Source: Blasia pusilla (lineage: Eukaryota). Taken from it: DNA of 64,000 nt. Below, one piece after another: positions 13,938 to 25,000 of this stretch. The notes beneath the pieces are model-generated. The model made no database searches. It worked only from the letters and a program-made list of their open reading frames with translations, and was not told the origin of the DNA. The stretch spans positions 32,736,001-32,800,000 of the forward strand of contig CM114271.1 in assembly GCA_050084515.1 (NCBI GenBank). Direction: 5' to 3'. The position numbers and the translations under genes were made by a program. Numbering within the stretch: the stretch's first letter is position 1; every line of letters starts with the position of its first letter.

Positions 13938-14585
13938 GAAGTATGATTTTAGTGGATCTCTAGCGTTTCTTTCATCCTTTCGGAGGTCCAACAGAAATTG
14001 CATATCATTGCAGTCCCAAAGCACATGAATTCACCAACGAACTCTTCTCCTACGACTGATTTCCCATCTTACCCCGTACCTTTGACAACATCTGTCTTCA
14101 ATCGCGGCTTTGGATCTGCCTGCAAACAATTGGACTAACACAAAATAGTGAGCTGCAATGCAAGCAACTATGGAGTACGTACCCAGCCATGATGAACCCA
14201 GCACAGCCAGACCTAGCCATAGAAAGTATAGATAGTAGGGATTGTACAACACGATCACAAATGTCCTCAATCCGCATACTTCTCCTCCAAATTTCCTACG
14301 ATCGCATGCAATTGCAAATTTGGATATTCCGTAGACTCCGAGGGGGAAAAATACGTCAGAATCTCCAACTTGGAGTTGTCTGGATACACCTTGTTGGTAT
14401 ATCCAGACAAGGTGTTTCGAATCATCCTCCCTTCCTGTCCCTTCCTTCCCACCGTACAGATAGTCAATGATCAGATTTCGAGCACAAAAACAAAAGCTGT
14501 TTGTTCCATTGCCTGCTTCCCATGGGACTCGGCCCGCAAAGACTCAATCCCATCCGATCTGATTTGAAACGCTTGTCATCTGCAG

Positions 14586-14959
14586 ATGCCAAGCGTCTCA
14601 TCGGGCATAGATTCACGGATGCCTCTGTGCAAAGTGACATCAAGTTATGGCCTTTCAAAGTTTCTCCAAGGCCTGGCCAAAAGGCTATGATCACACTAAT
14701 GTACAAGGGAGAGGAGAAGACCTTCGTAGCTTAAGAGATCTCCTCCATGGTCTTGATCAAAATGAAGGAAATCGCTGAAGCCTTTTTGGGAATCACCATC
14801 AAGAACATTGTGGTCATAGTGCTTGCGTATTTCAATGACTCGCAGAGGCAGGCTACCAAGGATGCCGAAGTTATTGTTGGTCTGAACATGATGCGAATCA
14901 TCAACGAGCCAACCGCTGCAGCTATTGCTTACGGTCTCAACAAGAAGGCTACCAGCATT
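14586..14959 (+). pseudogene. HSP70: Cytosolic HSP70 fragment (part of the ATPase domain) inside the Helitron
   Basis: [26 protein letters not shown]...[29 protein letters not shown]...[14 protein letters not shown]...[21 protein letters not shown]. In-frame TAA at 14732-14734; truncated at both ends; begins at a TGCAG|AT acceptor. Confidence 0.92.
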
Positions 14960-15925
14960 GAATTCCTACAAAACTAGCATACTTATTACCCAACTAGCAT
15001 CGAATTCCTTAAAAAAAATATATGTGCCGCAAACTCGTAGCAACGCGGCTGAATTGTTGAAGAATCCCGTAGAGACTAGATTGAGACAAGTCCGAGACAT
15101 GGATACCACTCCCAACTTAGAAGCGCTGACGTGTGTGATCCCATGGCAAACAATAAGTGTGAAATCCTTGAAGTACTTGCAACACATCCAATACCTGTCG
15201 CGAGCAAATAAGTGTTGGTTACAAGCGCTAGAACGGTAAAAGTCTACGCTTCCATCCAACTGAGGCCAATGAATTACAAAGCTTTGGGAGGTAGTTCTAG
15301 ATGAAAGGTGCTCATTGTTTGAATACTTACAAGGTTTCCAATACTACGTTGCACGAACAACTCAGCTTTCACCTTCTAATAAGCTGCTTGTTGTTCGGGA
15401 TACCAACTAGGCAACTCAATTCAGTACAGTATGTTGCTCATGTCTTGATAAAAAAAAATGTTATTTCTATCACTTTGTTTCATTATCTCTAATGGGCATA
15501 GACCTAATTAAAGGTTCTCCCTCGATGTGTGTAAACTTCCCACTCCTCGATGAAAGGAGAAAAGCCCCAAACTGAGTAACGAGGGAGTTTTATGTGCTAA
15601 AAATTGGCGCCGGTGTATCGCACCGGCATTCTCACTAGTTTCATCAATGCGAACACGAATCCTTCCATCTTTTTCGAATTTTAGTCATTTCATTGATTTT
15701 TTCCAAAGGAATGCTTTTTTTCCTCGCCTTTACTTAGAGTACTCGTCGTGTTGAAACTTGAAAGTAACGGGGACACTCTAAGCGGATGGAATTACTAAGC
15801 TCCCCAAAATAGAAGAAGCCAAGACAATGCTATGAGTTGGGCGATAAATGAAAAACCACAAGAAAGAAAATATCGAATCCAAACACATGAAAGTAACAAT
15901 TAAACTCATCAAAGCGATCAGATGT

Positions 15926-16213
15926 TTTGTTTTTGCTCATATATAGGATGCTTGCATGCTTCAAGGTTTGTTTTTTTCTCATATATAGGATGCTTGCACA
16001 CTTCAAGGTTTGTTTTTGCTCATATATAGGATGCTTGCACGCTTCAAGGTTTGTTTTTGCTCATATATAGGATGCTTGCACTCTTCAAGGTTTGTTTTTG
16101 CTCATATATAGGATGCTTGCACGCTTCAAGGTTTGTTTTTGCTCATATATAGGATGCTTGCACTCTTCAAGGTTTGTTTTTGCTCATATATAGGATGCTT
16201 GCACGCTTCAAGG
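15926..16213. repeat. Minisatellite, 7 x 41 bp
   Basis: Unit TTTGTTTTTGCTCATATATAGGATGCTTGCACGCTTCAAGG, head to tail, no spacers. Confidence 0.95.
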
Positions 16214-17736
16214 TGAGAAGCTGTGAAATCACTTAAACCCATTAGAGCCGGTTGTGGCCTTTGGATACTTGACTCTTTGAGTCCCTTTTTTTTTGGGATT
16301 CGTTTTCCATCATGCATATATACTGAGGTTCATCTTTGCTCTTCTTAAACCCCTAAGATACTAGACAAAGCCAAGTAAAGCGATTGATGGAGAAGAATAA
16401 GGACCACAACACAAGGGGAGAGAAAACACCAATCTAACATCGAGGTGGCAATCTCCTCGCGCCTATTCATCCTCGAGTTTTCTAACCCGAGGTTGAGTTA
16501 GTTAATGCTAATCCCTATCTAAGATTCTCCTTTGAAATAAGAATACAAATGTTATGTTCTCTTTACTAACATGCCCGAGACTTTGGCACAATGGCAACTC
16601 TCTCCCTCTAAACAGTTGTTGTCCCTCTAAATTGTTCTCGTGTCCAAATTTGACTAACATGCTCAATTTTGCCCAAGTGCCCCTCCCCTCTTAACTCAAC
16701 TCTCACCATCGATGACCTAACCCAAGGATGAATATGATCATAGGAACGAGGGGCAATCTCAGTCGCCTACTGAGATTGCCCCTCCTACTGGATAGGTGAG
16801 GTGACTCTCCATGCCATTGGGAATTACTTTGTTAGCCGCCTATAACCAATTTCGGACGAGAAAACAACCAATTAATATTACCAAGAAAACGGCCAATTTC
16901 TATCGGCTTTGGTATCATGTAACAAAAGGGTGCTATAGAAATCTTGTGCCTAATTATTTCCCAGTTTCTTTACCCTCCAAGTTTATGGCACCTTTTAGTA
17001 ATTGATTTCAAGGATATGTCTTGCAACCTCTTTATCAAATCATTTTGGATACTCATCTTCTCCCAAATTACGTACAAGGAAATGAAAACATCAGTTTATG
17101 AAAATCAAAATCAAAATCAAAATACATGAGCATGATAATTAATGTCATCAAACATATTTATTTTTTTCCTACCTTTCCTCATGACGTTTATATAAGTGGA
17201 AGTATTAATTAGGGACTCTCAAACCCTCAAATCTAGTTGAAGTACTACCAAAATCGATGAAACCAAGACCAAACTATGAGTTGGGCAACATATGGAAAAC
17301 TAGGAATAATGGAAATGAGAGGCCGCGGAGAGAATTTGCCAAAAAAGATCCAAAAGTGTCACATGAATTGCATGGTTTCATGGGAGTGTTGAGTTTTTTT
17401 ATGTTCACCTTCTATCTGACGCGTGTCTACGTGTTTTTTATAAGTAATTATTTTACCTAAACAAATTCTTAGGACTTATTAAAAAAATTGCGTAGCTTGG
17501 GCACCTCACTAGTAAAGTTTATTGTGGATATGCACACAAAAGGAAAGACCATAAATTTGGAAGAAGAGTTTCCAGGAAATATTCCGCTACCAAAAATCTA
17601 GAAATTTAATTTTATCTATTTCCCCAACGGAAAGAAGTAGATGGAGCACAAAATGAAACATTTAAAATGAGGCAGGATTTTTTTCATTATCAAGAGGCAA
17701 AACAAGAACCAAATTCTTTCTAGTTGAAACTATTAT

Positions 17737-18034
17737 CATTGTTGCACAAAAACAGACAAGTCTCGACATACTCACTGACATTGATTGCAAGAGGTGAGAC
17801 ACACTGTTAGAGTTCATGCTGAAAGGTAAGATAAGGGCAAGTGGAGCAATAAAGAGGCAGGGAGTGGAGGTGGAGGGACGAAAAAATGAGAGAGTATGGA
17901 ACACGAAGGCAAGTGTGGGGAATAAGAAAGAAGGGAAGGTGGATCCCACATGGACAAGTCCTTCTTTAGTACGGACGTAAGTCCACACACATGGACATGT
18001 CTGCGGACACGCACTTTGTTCACATCAAACCTTG
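17737..18034 (-). mobile_element. hAT-type MITE family A
   Basis: CATTGTTGCA...AAACCTTG ends; homologous interior; flanks ACTATTAT/AGCATTAG. Confidence 0.85.
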
Positions 18035-18042
18035 AGCATTAG

Positions 18043-18263
18043 TTGGGTTCAAGGATTTTTTACATGGGACCGGCACATTGTCAAGAATTTCCAATCGGAA
18101 ATAGTAATTCTGCTTTTGAACTAATTTTGAGATACATTATACAGAAAAGTTACACAAATCCAATCGGTTTTTGGTAGGCAACTTCAAAATAAAATAGAAT
18201 TCCTCAATTTTGACCGGCTAATTTAGTAAGTTTACTCCTAATCCCAAATCCCCCTCAACATTG
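18043..18263. mobile_element. hAT-type MITE family B
   Basis: Flanked by AGCATTAG/AACATTAG (7/8). The right end reverse complement CAATGTTGAGGGGGAT resembles the CAATGAACGGGGAGAT TIR of the large hAT. Interior (GAATTTCCAATCGGAAA...GGTAGGCA.CTTCA...TTTACTC) is homologous to 53198-53537. Confidence 0.65.
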
Positions 18264-21115
18264 AACATTAGTTGTCAATTCAATGTTTGAACATAACAAA
18301 CGTACCAACTTCTTATCTAGACACTCACATTAGATTTTTCTTTGACATGTAAAGCTTTAAGAATACGCCTAAAAAGAACAAAATAAATCGATCCCTAACA
18401 CCACATATGATATATAGCTTGCCATAAGCCTTTATATTAAGACATTGATATGTTCGCCTAAGAGAAAGTGGTAACATAATATCCATGTTAGAATAGAAAA
18501 TTTTGATTCATGATGATGTTAAACTTATCAATAATATTATTTTTTAAAACCACCGAAATCTATCTATACAGAGATGTATATAAGAAAAACTAAAACTAAA
18601 AGAAAGGTCTGATATTATTTTACTCATAACAGAATTCCTCATGACTTAATATATTCCCTGAAAATTTTATAAAGGACTTTGTTAATTCAAAGAAAAACTT
18701 TGGTTTTGTTTTCTTCCATGGACAAACTTTGGTTCTTCGTTATTGACGAGCTCATAAAGTATAATCAACAACGATTCTACTTATGGGCGTGTTTGGTACA
18801 TTAAATAAAAATCCAAGGATTTTTAAATGAACCTTCCTTTATTTATTATTATTTAGGAGTGACTCACTCTTTATCGAATATTCTCACATCTCTCGACTAA
18901 TTATACCCATCTTACAGAAAATTTCTAAAATTAAATTTAGTCTTCTCATTCCACCCAAAGAATCGTTCCAATTGATTTCCTCATGTAAATGTGATGGATC
19001 CAAATTTTTAGACTATTTTCCCTCGTTTTGACACTTATCTGCTTTTAAAATACTATTTTTGACATAATGATCTAACTTTCATAATAATTTTTGACACATC
19101 TCCAAAATCATATTACAACAGTATATACCGACATAAATAGAAACTGGGATGAAAAACCCCCGGATTTTTGGCATAGAGAGCCAAAAATCCGGGGGGCCAC
19201 AAGCACGAGCACTTACTATAATGATATAATGAGAGCCCTCATATATTATGAAATACTTATCTAAGAAATTAAAACGTGCGGATCCCATATACGAAAAACC
19301 TCAAAATTTTCATGAAACTGAAACTTTGACCAGCGCTCTAAATTAGATCATTACAAAATATAAGATGGGAATAGTCTCCGTAGAAGAGGAGAGAGGGAAT
19401 TTTTTATTTTTTAAACTCCAAAGTAAGAGAAAACCCCAACCTTTGGCATTCACGGGCAAATGTGCCACGTGATCTATGAGATCGATGCTCGACTTGTGGG
19501 GATTCTCTTCGTTTGGGGTTCTCGGAGCTCTAATCCCACAAGCACTCGTCGCCCACATTCTCGTGCCCCATGAAAACCATGGATGTGATATTCTCCGTGC
19601 CCCATGGAAAGCAACGGCTGCCGAATTCCCCGTCATACCATATTCTTCGCATGTGCACCATGAAAAGCCATGCTCATTCTTCGATGGAGGTTGGCATCTT
19701 CAGACGGAACCCAAACACTTGTGTCACTCCTACAGAGAACCCAAACGGAGTGAAGCAAAACTGCTGTGCTAGAAACCGGGTAGCGAAACCGAATCCAAAC
19801 AGTTCCGTGAGGAATCAAACCAAATGTACTCTTGATGAAACTGGAGCCGGGCATAGAATAGAGCACCCGCTGGAATCCAGAAAATATCCTCTCTCGCTAG
19901 TGCAGATATTTCGTGGGAATGCTCGCACACATGCGCTCGAGAACAAATGGTGCATTCACACACTTACGTGCACATGCTACGATGTTTTTGTCCAAGTGAC
20001 ATCTTCCCGCCGCATCCCGCGACATGAGCTGAGCAGTTGCACTCGGCCGCACATGTTGCAAGGTATCGTCGCTCTGGTGCGAAGTGTGACCGTGAGGTAT
20101 CGCAGTGAGGGCCGGCGATGCAGCGAGAGACGGAGGTTTGTTGCAATGCGAGGCAAGGTCAACATGCGCGAGGAGCATCCCGTGGCACCGGACTACGTGG
20201 GGTGACGGGGAGAGCATGCAGAATTCGGAAGGCTGTTCACCGGTGACAATACTGTAGACCTGATTTGAAAGGCGGATCACCTGATACGAAGCTCTGCGCG
20301 AGACTGTGGGAGCGGGACGGCGGACGAAGTAGTTGAAAAGCGGAGCTCCGAGGGAAGGATCTAGCCATGCCATGCAGAAGTGGAAAGGACGCTCGTCCAA
20401 TGCGATCGGCGTCCGGACTGAGGTCTTAGTCAGAGCTTTGCTCAACTACTTCGTTTCCGAGAATCGATGACTCTCTGTCTTCTCCCCTGCGGTCATTTGC
20501 GAAATCCGCGACCGTTGAAGCACCCGCGCAATGCCTGTTTCGGATGCGAGACTTTTCCTTCAGTTTCGCTGACTCCGAAATAGAATCGGTACTGATTTCC
20601 AACGAGAAACCCGATCCGCACGAGCCGCGGCGCTAGGCTTGCGTAAGGTAAGTCTAGTGCCGCGTTTGTTTTCACCGCGTTTGTTTACACTAATGAGTTC
20701 AGGAGCTTTTTTTCCCCTTTCATCCAGCCTCTCAGCCGAGTTCGGCAGTTCCGCTCCTCCGCAGTTAGGTGGATTCCATTACGCTGAAATGGCCATAGCC
20801 GGCAGGAGTCGTACACAGAAGAATCGTCGCAGGGCGATGCAGATGCTCGGCGATGGATGATGGCAGTAGTGATCGGTTGAATGTAGTGTAGAGCAGAGCA
20901 TGCAGAGGAGGAGACAAGAATGTGGAAGAACAAGGAAGAGCCCAGAACGGTTTATGCTTGCGAAAGTGAGTCATTGAATTTATGGCCAACTTACACTACT
21001 ATCTATATGTACAAGATCGGAAGACAGAAAAATGTTCAAGACAACCACTTTTCCACCTTGTCTCATCAGACGTTTCAAAGACATGATGATGAGAGGATCA
21101 CTCCAACAATTGAGA

Positions 21116-21162
21116 TAATTAATTAATTAATTAACGATTCAATTAATTAATTAATTAATTAA
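21116..21162. repeat. (TTAA)n interrupted palindromic microsatellite
   Basis: AATTAATTAATTAA...AATTAATTAATTAATTAATTAA downstream of the RSL1 stop codon. Confidence 0.85.
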
Positions 21163-21837
21163 CTAAGGGTTCCCTATCTCTGTTCAATCCACTAATCCTG
21201 AGTCGAATCCATCTAATTAGGGGATTGAACAAAGGCCCTCATGCCAGCAAGAGCTTTAAGTTCTGAATTAATCAAATGTCCTAAAGCTTCCCCTCGAATC
21301 TTCTTCGTTCTTCTCGATAATTTACGGAGGAGGCCTGACCCACCAACCAACCAGTCCGCTCTCTCTTGTTCCCTCCTCGATATTTACGTAGGAGCGCTGA
21401 CCCATCCATTCGCTCGCTCTCTCGCGTTCGTCCTTCTCAATAGCTCAGACAGGAGGAGGGCAGAAACGTCCCTTCTGTCTGGCTCTGGACACATGCTCAT
21501 GTACACTAACTAGTTAGCTAAAGACTTAGGGAAATAGTACGAATATCGCGATGGAGCGTCGCCGGCGCTCCTACTGAGCGCGGGGCGATGGCGCCAAGCG
21601 CGGATGCCGGGAGTAAGCGTTCGTGTAGAAAGGAAAGAACCAGCCAGGTTTGAGCTCGATTCTTGCCGGTCTACACGAACCCGAAAGTTCCTTCGACATC
21701 ATGACGGGGATCTTGTTTTCACCGCACAAACGATTCGCGTCAGGGTAGCCGACGGAATGTAGCAAAGCAAGGGGAGGAAGAAGGAAGGAAGGGAGGGAGG
21801 GAGGGATGGATCTGTCCCCAGGTTCTCATCTTCATCA

Positions 21838-22080
21838 TCACAAGGACTTTCCCGAGGAGATGTTGTCCGGCTCGGGGGACTTCTCTTGGCTGCTGCTGCT
21901 GGAGGTGTTGTTATTGTTGTTCGTAGCAGGGATGACAGTGGTGCTGTTGGAGTTCGCCTCCTTCTCCGCCTGCGCGACCAGTACTTTCAGCGCGCCTTCC
22001 ATGTCTTCGAAGTTGGGAATGGCAGTACAGGGCGCTGCGCCCTTCTCGTTGGAAGGCCAGTAGTCGTCAGTCGTCAGTAC
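21838..22080 (-). CDS. RSL1: RSL1-like last coding exon (VLTTDDYWP...SGKSL*)
   Basis: GTCCAG| acceptor; RSL motif followed by an Asn/Ser-rich tail and a TGA stop. Confidence 0.92.
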   Translation of the reverse strand, partial: VLTTDDYWPSNEKGAAPCTAIPNFEDMEGALKVLVAQAEKEANSNSTTVIPATNNNNNTSSSSSQEKSPEPDNISSGKSL

Positions 22081-25000
22081 CTGGACAGACATAAAACCAC
22101 GCATGCGATCGTAAGTTTGAGTCCTGACTCGTCAACTAACCCTACCAGGAACTGTACTCCGCTTTTTCTGAGGACAGGCGGACAGGCACAACAGTCGCGA
22201 GAAAACCCGCAACGTCTCTTCTACAACCCGAGGAATGACCCGAATAAGCAAGCACATGGCACTCTACAAGTGGGATGGAATTCTATATTTGGTTCGCAGA
22301 GCGATTCAGCATTTTGAATCGGGGAATAGCAAGCAGCGCATCATGACACCGAGGATGCACTGCGCTATGAATAGGACTTAGATTCGCGGGCTCTGGCGCA
22401 AGCGTAATAAGGGTCTGCGGCCACAGAAGAGGAGGCAACTGCGTCGGGAACGCAAACACGCCCGCCTGCAAAAAAATCTTCAAAATCGGAGAGGAGTCCG
22501 ATGAACGTGTCTACAGTTTAATTAAGAAGAGAAAAAGATAGTCATTGAACCAGATTGGGAGTGTCTACAGTTTCTCCACATCGATGCTTTACATGTGGTG
22601 ACTGAAAAGCGTGTGGTGAATAAAAATGGTTTTCGGATGAGGAGCATGAAACAATGTATCGACATCTGCGGCGTACGACCGTCTAATCCACGCGTTCCCA
22701 TAAACCTATTCGACGAGTTTGTCAACGACCGAGGATACTGACTGATGTCTGAGGAATGCCTGCGTGTATTTGGTTAACAGACTTACTTTCACTTGAAGTT
22801 GCAGAAACTTCACGTAGTTGATGGCCTTCTCCAGCATCGTAACCAGATCGACCTTCAAGAGAAGAGACAGAACGATAAGCATTTGTCATGAAAAAGTTCA
22901 ACAGCATCTTTGCACATACTGAACCCATGATATGCAGAGAGAGGCACACTCGCAGATCCTTTCACCCAGGTGAATGGAACCACTCCTTCCTCGAACAATA
23001 TGGACCCAAAGCGTACGTCCTCCATGCAACATTTCCTCGTCTAATTCCGCATCCATCTATCCATAGAAGGAACCACAAACCACCAACTGGCCTCGAACCG
23101 TCGTATAGTCAAGCTTCTCATAGGCTTACCTTGGATCCATTGGGCACGAGGTCTTGGAGAATCTTGAGTCGCTCACTGATTCGTTCTCTGCGATGCTGCA
23201 TTTCCGACACCCAGTTGATGAGTACATGAGATTACAACCGCGTGAACAACAATCTTTCACTAGTCTCCATGGTGAGCGAAGAGACGGACGGAAGCCGAAG
23301 CACGAAAGTCCATAATTCAAACTGGAAATAGTGATGGACTGAAACGAACTGTAAGAAACGAGGTGCGAAGCGCTTACACGAGCGGCGATGCTCTGAGGAT
23401 CGTTAGCACTTCCCTGCCGGGCGCGCGGCTTCAGATTGGTATTCAGAGCCGGCCCGACGGCGTGTCTGGAATTCGACTTCGTATACGGTAGAGGCCCACC
23501 AGCAGGGGCGATGCCATCTACAGTCTTTGAACAGGTGGATGTGAGAGAAGAGGCCCATGAGGATGAGCGCTTTAGAGTCGCGGGCGCAACTGTTGTCTGC
23601 ACATTTGGAGTATCCTGTTTGACGAGGTAAACATGGGATAAGTACATAGCATGCGGCACTTACTCACAAACCTCCACACACGTGCACGCTGCTGAACGTG
23701 CAATACGATTCTCATGAATGTCTGTGCATGGAACGGACAGCTGCGGCCCATCTTCACATCTCGCGGAATGAAACTTGACCGTAAAATATGCAACACAGAA
23801 CGCGCGTGCGTCTAGCTGGGAGGGGGAGAGAGGATCAACGTTCATCAGTTCTGAAGGAAGGGAGAGGTCAGGTTGAGGAGGATGATCAAACATTCATCGC
23901 CTACCGCAGTACGACGCTCGCGTGAACGTCAATGGAGCAGGGTACTGTACACGATAAATAATCAAACCCCGCGACCGAACTCGTGAGTCAAAAGTCGGGG
24001 AAATGCACAAATTCGTCAATCGGCCGATAATTGAAAGAAGAACTCACCAAATGAAGGCGCTTGTTGTTCGTTTCGCTGGGCTGCCCCAGACTCATTTGAA
24101 GGAATCGCTTTCTGGAGCCGGACTCGGGTACAGGGTCCATGGTGCCACCGAGGTTTTGGCCGACGCTCGAAGACGGCCATGTATCGTACATATTTTCCTC
24201 CTTGTCCCCGCTACTCGTGTACTGGAACCTTCCGATATTACCAGGGGTGGAATTGCCAGTAAAATCTTTGACCCCGGTAGCGGCATTGTTCGACCACTTT
24301 CTCAAGCTTTCGATAGAGTCCACTTTCTTCTGCGGACAATACATGTAGTTGTGTGAGCCTAAGACTGTCTCGGATGGATTATGGTGACCGGAGATGTTGG
24401 TCTCCAGGTTGCGCAGCACTGAGCTGCCGGACAAAGTGTCAAGCAGCGATTTCGAGCTGTGCATGTTCTCGCCGAACCTGTGGTTTGAAGTGGATGTACT
24501 CATATTAGTGCTGGTATCTAAAGTCGAGCTGGAAGATTGGTTGTTGTTGTTGTTGTAGCAGTACACACGAGAATTACTGGTTAAGTAGCCCTTATCGTGA
24601 TTCATCGGCGAGACGCTGTAGTTCTTAGGCTCCATGACTCCTTGCTGCAAAAATAATCCGCTGGACACGTTATTCTCGCTCGTCTCTGTGAGTCCCGGGG
24701 GACTCTGCCCCATCTGGAGATTCGGGAAGCCCATCCCAGATATTCCAGATCCAGCCATATCAGTTCCGGAACTTGATTCTAGGCCAGACATTTGGCACTG
24801 GATCTTCCTTGTTATCGAATCGTAAACCGACGTCCCCTCATAGTTTCCCATATTACAGCTTCGCTCTCCGGCCAAGTAGTCCATGTTAAATTTCGCATCC
24901 AGACTGAGTCCTCCGGCAGACGAAGAAGAGAGGGCTGGGAAAGAGGTGTTGTACGCCTGAATGTTCGGGATGAGTCCCAGAGAAGTGTGATCATCGGAGC

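Larger units (their letters stand above)
12823..15638 (+). mobile_element. Non-autonomous Helitron carrying captured gene fragments
   Basis: 5' end A|TCTATACTATAAT (12823); 3' hairpin GCCGGTG-TATCG-CACCGGC (15609-15627) followed by CTAG|T (15635-15639). Inserted between A and T with no TSD; no Rep/helicase ORF. Confidence 0.8.

Noticed and set aside
14501..14977. Functional HSP70 gene
   Set aside because: Only about 125 codons, with an internal stop and no first exon or C-terminal domains; enclosed by Helitron ends.
15926..16213. CRISPR-like array
   Set aside because: Units are head to tail with no unique spacers, there are no cas genes, and the context is eukaryotic; it is a minisatellite.
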